This document shows, one piece after another, positions 34,586-40,823 of a DNA stretch of 40,823 bases. Source of the stretch: a virus. How positions within the stretch are numbered: the stretch's first letter is position 1; every line of letters begins with the position of its first letter. Location of the stretch: IMG/VR virus record IMGVR_UViG_3300045988_137387. One strand, given 5' to 3'. The translations under genes were made by a program, and so were the position numbers. The notes below the pieces were generated by a model. That model made no database searches. It had not been told where the DNA came from and saw nothing but the letters and a program-made list of their open reading frames with translations.

Positions 34586-34690
34586 TTGCAAAATCCTTTC
34601 TGATGTGCTATCATCGGGGACGATGGGCGTAGACAATCCATCATCCCCGCAGGCTCGCCGGTGTTCCAGCACCGACGGGCTTTTTTGCGT

Positions 34691-34966
34691 TCATGCGTTC
34701 CTCCGGTTCTGCCGGTACTCCGGCGTTTCGGTGCGGGCGTGGCGGCGGTCGATGTACTTGCGGCGCTGAGCCTCGCGCTCTGCGGCATGGTCGCCCAGCC
34801 GGGCAAAGAACAGCGCCAGCAACAGCAGCACCATCGCGGTGATGAAGTCGGTGTCGGAGATGACGCCGAGGGCTTCGATGCTGCCTGCAAAGCCAAGTGC
34901 GTACAGCATCCCGACGGCACCGCTGGCCACCGCCAGCCAGTACCAGACGCCAGATTTGATTCTCAT
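34691..34966 (-). CDS. Small membrane protein (2 predicted TM segments)
   Basis: 91 aa. Two hydrophobic stretches followed by a basic C-terminus. Confidence 0.5.
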   Translation of the reverse strand: MRIKSGVWYWLAVASGAVGMLYALGFAGSIEALGVISDTDFITAMVLLLLALFFARLGDHAAEREAQRRKYIDRRHARTETPEYRQNRRNA

Positions 34967-35178
34967 AAAACCATTCCCTCCAAACTAGCAATCATTCCAA
35001 GAAGCGCTTCGACATGGCTGATTTTGTCGTTGGCCTCCTGAAGCTCTTTTCGGGCATTATCAATGGCCTCGGGCGTCCCACCGTATTTGTTGACGGAATT
35101 AGCCGAACTCACACCATCGGATGCAGAATGCGTCAGCATGACGGCGGTGTGCAAAAGGTATTCGCTTTCAAGTTTCAT
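34963..35178 (-). CDS. Hypothetical protein
   Basis: Start moved to the ATG at 35178 (ATGA overlap with the upstream stop). 71 aa. Confidence 0.45.
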   Translation of the reverse strand: MKLESEYLLHTAVMLTHSASDGVSSANSVNKYGGTPEAIDNARKELQEANDKISHVEALLGMIASLEGMVL

Positions 35179-35450
35179 TCCGCAATCTCCTCTCCAAAAA
35201 TGTTTTCGGCTTCGCAGGTTTTCCACGGCTCGCACAAATCAGATGTAAACGCCTTGACTGGATGCCACTCACCGTCGGCAAAAATTTGTAAGCCTGTGTG
35301 GTTTTCGTCCTTGACCTGTGCGCCCAGCTGGTAGTCGCCAGATGCTCGGCTGTCAGTCCAACGAAACCAATGCATCCAAAACAGCGGCGCGACATATGCG
35401 CACCCAGTGGGTGCTGCAGTTCGCTCAGAGGCGAGGGTATAAGATTTCAT
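35175..35450 (-). CDS. Hypothetical protein
   Basis: 91-aa ORF in the early operon. Trp/Cys-containing, with no recognisable motif. Confidence 0.45.
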   Translation of the reverse strand: MKSYTLASERTAAPTGCAYVAPLFWMHWFRWTDSRASGDYQLGAQVKDENHTGLQIFADGEWHPVKAFTSDLCEPWKTCEAENIFGEEIAE

Positions 35451-35465
35451 GCGGACGCCTCCTTT

Positions 35466-35660
35466 TTATTTCTGCGGCACGCCCAGCTGCACCAGCAGGG
35501 CGGGGACGTTGATCATGATGCACCGGCCACTCTTGATGTGAGGAATGGTGCCTTTATCGAGCTCTTTGCGCAGGTAGTATTCCGAAAGCCCGGTGGCCCG
35601 GGCAGCATCGCGGACATTCATGAACGGGGTAGAGGGGACGGGAGGAGTATGCTTCCTCAT
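35466..35660 (-). CDS. Small HTH DNA-binding protein (excisionase/AlpA-like)
   Basis: The ATG at 35660 lies 8 nt after AAGGAG. FMNVRDAARATGLSEYYLRKELDKGTIPHIK is an HTH_17/MerR-like motif. Confidence 0.6.
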   Translation of the reverse strand: MRKHTPPVPSTPFMNVRDAARATGLSEYYLRKELDKGTIPHIKSGRCIMINVPALLVQLGVPQK

Positions 35661-35665
35661 AGTGG

Positions 35666-35788
35666 TCACTCCTTTTTATGAGTCAAGAGATAATGTTCGA
35701 TTTTTTCGCAGATGGAGCAAATTGCTGTATAAAATTTGACTTTCTGTTCGGCAACGAGTATTTTAATAACCAGAACAAGCTTGCTCAT
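35666..35788 (-). CDS. Hypothetical small protein (40 aa; below the ORF-track cutoff)
   Basis: Manual translation: MSKLVLVIKILVAEQKVKFYTAICSICEKIEHYLLTHKKE. AAGGAG lies 5 nt before the ATG, and the ORF fills the gap between Rha and the HTH gene. Confidence 0.4.
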   Translation of the reverse strand: MSKLVLVIKILVAEQKVKFYTAICSICEKIEHYLLTHKKE

Positions 35789-35790
35789 GT

Positions 35791-36450
35791 TTACTCCTTT
35801 TTCTCAATGGCATCCGAGAGGATGTCGTTCATCAGGGCGAGATAGGCCGGGTAGCCTTTTGCAACGATGGTCAGCTGGTCAACGGCGCTGTTCAGAAAAT
35901 CCTGAGAGCTGCGCACGACGGTTTCCATCGTCCGGACGATGTCACAGGCTTCGCTGTATCCGGCTTTGGTTTGACTGCAAAGTGCTTTGACTCGTAAATA
36001 CAGGGCTTTACTTTTGTCGCGGGCCTCACGGCGCTTGTCCAGGAAAGCGGTCTGCTCGTCCAGACGCTTCCGGGCGGCGATGACCTGGTCAATGGCCCGC
36101 TGGATGTTCTCATCCTGCACGGCCTGCTGGTCCTTGCGCTGGGCGGCAAGCTGCTTCTCCATCTGGTTGAAGGCTTCGATGTACTTGAGCTTCCACGTTA
36201 CGGCCTCTTTGCCCGTGAAGCCCATTGCCAGCAGGGCGAAACCGTCGCGGTTCATGAGGTACATGGGGTACTTCTTACCGCGGTTCTCGAAGGTGGCGGG
36301 ATGGAACATGGATTTGGCGGCTGAATTTTCAGCCACCAGATTTGCAACGGCCTGCATCACATTCTTGTGCTCCTTGCCGAAGCGTTTGGCGACCTCCCGG
36401 CTGGATGCCACCGGTTCGCCGTTCTGGGTGGATAAGATGATGTCGGTCAT
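35791..36450 (-). CDS. Rha-family phage regulatory protein
   Basis: N-terminus NGEPVASSREVAKRFGKEHKNVMQAV...YLMNRDGFALLAMGFTGKEAVTWKLKYIEAFNQME is the Rha signature. Confidence 0.8.
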   Translation of the reverse strand: MTDIILSTQNGEPVASSREVAKRFGKEHKNVMQAVANLVAENSAAKSMFHPATFENRGKKYPMYLMNRDGFALLAMGFTGKEAVTWKLKYIEAFNQMEKQLAAQRKDQQAVQDENIQRAIDQVIAARKRLDEQTAFLDKRREARDKSKALYLRVKALCSQTKAGYSEACDIVRTMETVVRSSQDFLNSAVDQLTIVAKGYPAYLALMNDILSDAIEKKE

Positions 36451-36471
36451 GTGAATCTGTACCTCCTTGTG

Positions 36472-36666
36472 TCAGATGCTGCGCTGGAGCAGATAATCAA
36501 TGGAGCAGTCAAACATTTCTGCCATTTTTTCCAGCTTGGACTGCGGAATGTTGCCGTGGACCATCCAGTTGTAAACGGTCTTGCGGGTGACTCCCAGCGC
36601 CTTTGCAAGCTCCTCAATGGTAAGTTTGCGGCGGCTTCGTTCTGCGTTGATATTCGGATAGAGCAA
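36472..36666 (-). CDS. Cro-like XRE-family HTH regulator
   Basis: 64 aa. LTIEELAKALGVTRKTVYNWMVHGNIPQSKLEKMAEMFDCSIDYLL. TTG start 9 nt after AGGAG. Divergent from the repressor gene. Confidence 0.75.
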   Translation of the reverse strand: MLYPNINAERSRRKLTIEELAKALGVTRKTVYNWMVHGNIPQSKLEKMAEMFDCSIDYLLQRSI

Positions 36667-36692
36667 TTCAAAGAACTCCTTTCGTGTAACTT

Positions 36693-36838
36693 GTTACTCG
36701 GTTTGAGTAACTGTAATTATGATATACCCAAAATGAGTAAATGTAAAGTAAAATAATACCCAAATTGAACAGTGGCTTTTTGTGGATACTGCCCAATTCG
36801 GGTATTTTTGTTGACTATTTACTCAAAACGTGTAATAT
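36693..36838. promoter_or_regulatory. Divergent lysis-lysogeny promoters with two families of operator-like repeats
   Basis: Minus promoter: TTTACA (rc of 36742-36747), 17-nt spacer, TATCAT (rc of 36719-36724). Plus promoter: TTGACT (36811-36816), 16-nt spacer, TAATAT (36833-36838). TGAGTAA half-sites: palindrome 36693-36711, then 36734-36741 and 36819-36825. ATACCCAAA(A/T)TG at 36724-36735 and 36756-36767, and inverted at 36794-36805. Confidence 0.65.
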
Positions 36839-36869
36839 AATATACATAGGGAAGAAGGAGGTAACGATT

Positions 36870-37580
36870 ATGAACCGAATCCCTGAACTCCGAAAAGAAC
36901 GCGGCATCAGCATGAAGCAGGCAGCGGAACAGCTCGGGATGCCTTATACGACGTATGTCAACTACGAGAAAGGTGTCCGGCAACCGAATTCCGAAACACT
37001 GATCGACCTTGCCAATTTTTACAATACATCCATTGACTACATGCTTGGAAAAAGTAACAATCGCATTGATGAGCATACTTTGGATGTGGTGAACGAGATT
37101 GATCAGGACATTCTGGAGAAAGCCGGAAACATCAAAGAAGCATTACGACTGCAGGCCAAAAGGGATGCTGAGACGGTTCCTCCCGGTTTCCAGCCCATGC
37201 CAGCCATGGACGTGGTACCGCTGGTGGGCCGGATCGCCTGCGGTACGCCAATCACGGCAGAAGAGAACATCGAGCAAATGGTGTGCGTCCCCTCCAAGTG
37301 GCGCTCTACGTTTACGTTGACCTGCAAGGGGGACAGCATGGAACCCCGCATCCACGACGGCGATCTGGTGGCCATCCGCAAACAGCCAGAGGTTGAAAAT
37401 GGCGAGATCGCAGCGGTGCGGATCAATGGTGAGGCCACCCTGAAGCACGTCTACCTCCACGACAGCTTCATTGAGCTGCGGCCGGAGAATCCGGCTTTCA
37501 ACAGCATCATCCTCAGCCGGGAGGACATGAACACGGTCGTAATCGAAGGCAAGGCCGTCGGGCTTTGCCGGGACATATAA
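36870..37580 (+). CDS. CI/LexA-like repressor (XRE HTH plus S24 peptidase)
   Basis: Start moved to the ATG at 36870 behind GAAGGAGG. The HTH is ISMKQAAEQLGMPYTTYVNYEKG. VGRIACGTPI is a candidate Cys-Gly cleavage site. GDSMEP supplies the Ser, and ATLKHV the Lys. Confidence 0.85.
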   Translation: MNRIPELRKERGISMKQAAEQLGMPYTTYVNYEKGVRQPNSETLIDLANFYNTSIDYMLGKSNNRIDEHTLDVVNEIDQDILEKAGNIKEALRLQAKRDAETVPPGFQPMPAMDVVPLVGRIACGTPITAEENIEQMVCVPSKWRSTFTLTCKGDSMEPRIHDGDLVAIRKQPEVENGEIAAVRINGEATLKHVYLHDSFIELRPENPAFNSIILSREDMNTVVIEGKAVGLCRDI

Positions 37581-37601
37581 AGCAGAGAGGAATCTTGAAA
37601 G

Positions 37602-39215
37602 ATGGCAAAATGTACCCGGTGCGGGAAAAAGGGTATTTTCCTTAAATTGACAAACGGCCTTTGTGATAATTGCGCTTTGGAGGTTTGGAAGGAAAAGGAA
37701 AGAGCTTCAATGGAAGCTCAGTATGCACAGCAACGAGTGGAGCAGCAAGCTCAGCTGGAAAAAGAGCGGGCAGATATGCAGCTTCAGATGAAGAAGGAGC
37801 AGGCGGCTCTTCAAACTCAGCTCGATGCAATGGCGGCCGAATTGTCAGATCAGAAAGCATTATTTGCACAGATCTCCGCAGAGGCTTACGCCGAGAGTAC
37901 GTCGAGAGCCGAAGCGGAGAACGAAAAACTGAAGGCTCAGAGTCTCCAGCTACAGTCGTGCGTTGATACGACAAAGAAAAATCTTTTGGAACTTCTTACA
38001 AAAGAAGAAAATTATCGACGCAGTGTAGCAAATGCAGAGCAGAAGGTACGTCGCAGCAAAGAGCTGGTCAAGGCTATCCAACACGCAAGCGAGGACTTTG
38101 GGATTAAAGAGGAAGACAAAAATGTTGAACGGCTTTTGAGAACTGCCGATGAACTGATGAGTCCGACCGTAAGTCTGCCTCTCCAGTGCCTCGGTATGAA
38201 AGATCTTCGAAAGCGGTACAAGGAAAACGAAAAGAATATTCAAGCAACATTTGAAAAATATAAAGACCGCTATACAACGAAAGCAAATATTGCAATTTAT
38301 CGCTTGATGGTCATTGCACTGTCGGCGGAGCTTCAAAATGTGCTGCATAACATTGTTTTTGGAAAGCTGGATGATGCGCTGAGCAATATCAAGGCACTTA
38401 CAAATAAATATTATGTTATTGCGGCAGATGGCAACCAGAGCATTGCGCCGACAGTCAAAAAATTCGTTGGTGAGTTGGATTATTATTTTCAAGAAGCCGT
38501 GAAAATAGAATATGAATATTATGTCCAGAGGGAGCGTGCGAAAGAAGAACAGCGTGCCATCCGTGAGCAGATGCGGCAGGAGGCTGAGGAACGCCGCGAG
38601 TTGGAGCGTCAGCAGAAACAGATAGAAAAGGAAGAAAGCAAGTTTCACGACCAGATCAGCCAGTTGTCCCAGCAGATAGAAGTCTCCGCAGACGATGAAA
38701 AAACTGCCCTGCTGAAAGCCCGCATCGAAGAGTTGCAAAAACAGCTTGCCGCGGTGGCTGACCAGAAAGACAAAATCGTTGAGCTGCAAAATGGCAAGGC
38801 TGGCAATGTCTACGTCATCAGCAATATTGGCTCTTTTGGTGAGAATGTGTTCAAAATCGGTATGACACGCCGTCTCGAGCCTATGGAGCGTGTGAATGAA
38901 CTGGGCAGTGCCAGTGTGCCGTTCCCATTTGATGTACATTCCATGATTTTTTCCGATGATGCAGTGGGTCTCGAGACGAAGTTGCACCATCTTCTCAACG
39001 ACCAGCGCGTGAACAAAGTGAATTTGCGCAAGGAATTTTTCCGTATCTCGCTGGATGACCTTGAGAAGTTGGTGGGTGAAATCGCACCCACTGCGGAATT
39101 CAAACGCACTTTTCTGGCTGAGCAGTACCGTCAGAGCCTGTCGATTTCTCATGTATCGGATGAGGCAGAGGAAGCTGTTTCAGATGACGATGAAGAAGAG
39201 GAGCTTGCGGAATAA
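37602..39215 (+). CDS. Zinc-ribbon / coiled-coil / DUF4041-like / T5orf172 (GIY-YIG-superfamily-like) protein; candidate prophage defence gene
   Basis: 537 aa. N-terminal C4-x2-C7-x13-C21-x2-C24, then a coiled coil of about 130 aa. The C-terminus GNVYVISNIGSFGENVFKIGMTRRLEPMERVNELGSASVPFPFDVH...LHHLLNDQRVN...EFFRISL matches the T5orf172 pattern. It ends in an acidic tail. The gene lies 21 nt downstream of the repressor on the same strand and looks AT-richer than its surroundings. Confidence 0.7.
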   Translation: MAKCTRCGKKGIFLKLTNGLCDNCALEVWKEKERASMEAQYAQQRVEQQAQLEKERADMQLQMKKEQAALQTQLDAMAAELSDQKALFAQISAEAYAESTSRAEAENEKLKAQSLQLQSCVDTTKKNLLELLTKEENYRRSVANAEQKVRRSKELVKAIQHASEDFGIKEEDKNVERLLRTADELMSPTVSLPLQCLGMKDLRKRYKENEKNIQATFEKYKDRYTTKANIAIYRLMVIALSAELQNVLHNIVFGKLDDALSNIKALTNKYYVIAADGNQSIAPTVKKFVGELDYYFQEAVKIEYEYYVQRERAKEEQRAIREQMRQEAEERRELERQQKQIEKEESKFHDQISQLSQQIEVSADDEKTALLKARIEELQKQLAAVADQKDKIVELQNGKAGNVYVISNIGSFGENVFKIGMTRRLEPMERVNELGSASVPFPFDVHSMIFSDDAVGLETKLHHLLNDQRVNKVNLRKEFFRISLDDLEKLVGEIAPTAEFKRTFLAEQYRQSLSISHVSDEAEEAVSDDDEEEELAE

Positions 39216-39226
39216 ATGAAAAAAAA

Positions 39227-39255
39227 CTCCCCCGGTGCTACCAACACCGAGGGAG
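39227..39255. terminator. Hairpin between the T5orf172 gene and the integrase (possible terminator)
   Basis: CTCCCCCGGTG, loop CTACCAA, CACCGAGGGAG (11 bp with one mismatch). An A8 run lies upstream, so the T-tract exists only on the minus strand. Confidence 0.35.
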
Positions 39256-39361
39256 TAAGATAAGCGGCTCGCCCTTGCGGGGTCATCGCACACCTAAGCA
39301 CTGCGATTATACCTCTTTTGGGCGGGCTTGTCAAAGTGTACCCATATGGAGGTGTATTTTT

Positions 39362-40552
39362 ATGGCGAGTTTCAAGGAGAAACTTGACAAAAACGGAAAC
39401 CGAATCTACGAGGTGCAGGCCAGCAATGGGCGAGGGCGGCGTGTCTGGCGCACCTTCCGCCCAGAGCCGACATGGAGCAAGCGCACCATTCAGCGGGAGC
39501 TGCAGAAATTCGCCGCTGAATTGGAGCAGCAGCTGGCGGATGGGGAAGTGCTGACCCGTGAAGAGACTGCGCAAAAGGCCGCTGCGGAGGCCGTAGAGAC
39601 TGCCAAAATCAAAACCTTTCGGCAATATGCCGAAGCTGTCTATCTGCCTGAGAAAGCCGCCATGCTGGCAGAGAAGACCCGTGCCAGCTATACACAGCTG
39701 TTAGAACAACACATTTTTCCGGCTCTGGGCCATGTGCTGCTGCCGGAGATCACCCCGGCCATGATAAAGGCGTTACTTTCCAGTCTGTCAGAGGAGCTTG
39801 CCTTCGCCAGCGTGACAAAGGTGTATGCTGTACTACATAACCTGTTAAAGGCTGCCTTGCTGGATGATACGATAGACCGGAATCCAATGGACAAGGTGCC
39901 GCGTCCCCGGAAGTCGAAGGATGCAGCCCTTCCTACAGAGCACAAGGCTTTTACCGCGGAGGAGACGCGGTATATTCTGCGCTGTCTGGATGGTGAGCCG
40001 CTCAAGTGGCGGGCGTTTATCCTGCTGCTTATCGATACGGGCTGCCGCCGGGGCGAGGCCTGCGGGCTGCAATGGCAGTCGGTGGATTTTGATACCAACA
40101 CGATCATCATCGAGAGGAATCTACAGTACACCTCCGAGCGGGGCGTGTACGAGACTCTGCCCAAAAACGGCAAGATCCGCGTTGTAGACATCTCGTCTGA
40201 CGTGGCCGCGCTTTTGCAGGAGCTGCGGCAGAGTCAGCCGGTAACGGTGCGCTGGGTGTTTACGCAGGACGACAGCCCGGAGCCTATGCACCCAGACACT
40301 CCAACTCGTTACTTCCAGCGATTTGGCAAACGGTATGGGATAGAGCACTTCCACCCGCACAAGCTGCGCCACACGTCCGCCAGCCTTGCCATCACCAACG
40401 GTGCCGACGTGGTAAGTGTCGCCGCACGGCTGGGGCATTCTGACAGCAGCACCACGCTGCGGATGTACGCCCATGCCAACGAGGACAGCATCCGCCGGGT
40501 CGGTCAGACCGTAAGAGAGGCCTTGAAGCAGCCAGAAAAGAGAAAAGCTTGA
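39362..40552 (+). CDS. int: Tyrosine integrase (phage integrase family)
   Basis: Start moved to the ATG at 39362 behind GGAGG. The C-terminal catalytic pattern is GCRRGE...HKLRHTSASLAI...LGHSDSSTTLRMYAH (R..HxxR..Y). It lies adjacent to attP. Confidence 0.85.
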   Translation: MASFKEKLDKNGNRIYEVQASNGRGRRVWRTFRPEPTWSKRTIQRELQKFAAELEQQLADGEVLTREETAQKAAAEAVETAKIKTFRQYAEAVYLPEKAAMLAEKTRASYTQLLEQHIFPALGHVLLPEITPAMIKALLSSLSEELAFASVTKVYAVLHNLLKAALLDDTIDRNPMDKVPRPRKSKDAALPTEHKAFTAEETRYILRCLDGEPLKWRAFILLLIDTGCRRGEACGLQWQSVDFDTNTIIIERNLQYTSERGVYETLPKNGKIRVVDISSDVAALLQELRQSQPVTVRWVFTQDDSPEPMHPDTPTRYFQRFGKRYGIEHFHPHKLRHTSASLAITNGADVVSVAARLGHSDSSTTLRMYAHANEDSIRRVGQTVREALKQPEKRKA

Positions 40553-40613
40553 ATTTGATTCTGTTTCGTCATGTCTCTTGATGACTCGTATTCATCCTAT
40601 AAACAGGATACTT

Positions 40614-40648
40614 AAAAACCGCAACTTGACCGCAACAAAAACCGCAAC
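40614..40648 (+). repeat. Three tandem (A/G)ACCGCAAC repeats (candidate integrase arm-type sites, P arm)
   Basis: AACCGCAAC at 40617-40625, GACCGCAAC at 40628-40636, AACCGCAAC at 40640-40648. They have the same orientation as the two copies at 174-194. Confidence 0.55.
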
Positions 40649-40724
40649 ATCCTCGAAAAATCGAAGTAATTAACGAGATTGCACGATACAGCATCGGACA
40701 AACAAAATAATTGCATCACGCAAT

Positions 40725-40823
40725 TTATTTGACAATGAAACAACACGACACAACACATTAAAAGTCCCTTTTATAGCTCGTAATGAGCAGGTCGTCCGTT
40801 CGAATCGGATCAGTAGCTCCAAA
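40725..40823 (+). repeat. Terminal direct repeat, copy 2 (identical to 1-99; includes the tRNA-Thr(CGU) 3' fragment at 40777-40821)
   Basis: 99/99 identity with positions 1-99. Confidence 0.95.

Larger units (their letters stand above)
1..40823. mobile_element. Complete temperate phage genome (contractile tail, PBSX/Xkd-like tail module), apparently circularly closed
   Basis: Full set of lysogeny, replication, packaging, head, tail and lysis genes. The two ends are an identical 99 bp. An attP-like region lies next to a tyrosine integrase. Confidence 0.85.

Noticed and set aside
37950-39152. 400-aa minus-strand ORF antisense to the T5orf172 gene
   Set aside because: Its translation is Phe/Leu/Ile/Cys-rich nonsense, produced by reading GAA/AAG/CAG-rich coiled-coil codons backwards. 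The plus-strand protein has clear domain motifs.

Overview
The window is one complete temperate contractile-tailed phage genome, about 40.7 kb of unique sequence. Its tail module is arranged like the PBSX/Xkd module of Bacillota phages. The GC content looks high by eye, which would suit an Oscillospiraceae/Faecalibacterium-type host, but I did not compute it and this is only a guess.

The two ends (1-99 and 40725-40823) are 99 bp and identical. tRNA homology starts only at position 53, in the anticodon loop, and neither copy is joined to a tRNA 5' half. I therefore read the repeat as circular closure or terminal redundancy of a phage genome, not as attL/attR of an integrated prophage.

The junction looks like a textbook attP:
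- integrase (39362-40552)
- three AACCGCAAC-type repeats
- a core equal to the 3' 45 nt of a tRNA-Thr(CGU)
- a phage-supplied intrinsic terminator
- two more AACCGCAAC repeats

Nearly all genes lie on the minus strand, as one early operon and one late operon.
- Early operon (36666 down to 24631): Cro-like HTH, Rha, small HTH protein, several small unknowns, DUF3846-like, a large Cys-rich/coiled-coil protein, SbcC-like ATPase, AAA_24-like ATPase, DUF669-like, SF2 helicase, primase-helicase, an iteron/palindrome region, RusA, and an ArpU/RinA-like regulator.
- Late operon (24308 down to 561): terS, terL, portal, MuF with a C-terminal extension, two small ORFs, tRNA-Thr(UGU), scaffold, capsid, connectors, sheath, tube, a chaperone with a -1 frameshift, tape measure, Xkd-like baseplate, fibres including a 7-blade Kelch-like protein, XkdX, an M15 endolysin and two holins.

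The plus strand carries a CI/LexA-like repressor, a co-oriented 537-aa protein (zinc ribbon, coiled coil, DUF4041-like region, T5orf172/GIY-YIG-like domain), the integrase, and one small ORF near position 300.

The most interesting items are:
1. The repressor-linked T5orf172 protein, a candidate prophage defence gene.
2. A degenerate tRNA-like cloverleaf directly behind an intrinsic terminator, 16 nt upstream of terS.
3. The MuF protein, whose C-terminal extension has a JAB/MPN-like HxH..S..D motif, followed by two small ORFs.

All family names come from my own recognition of sequence motifs. No database search was run.
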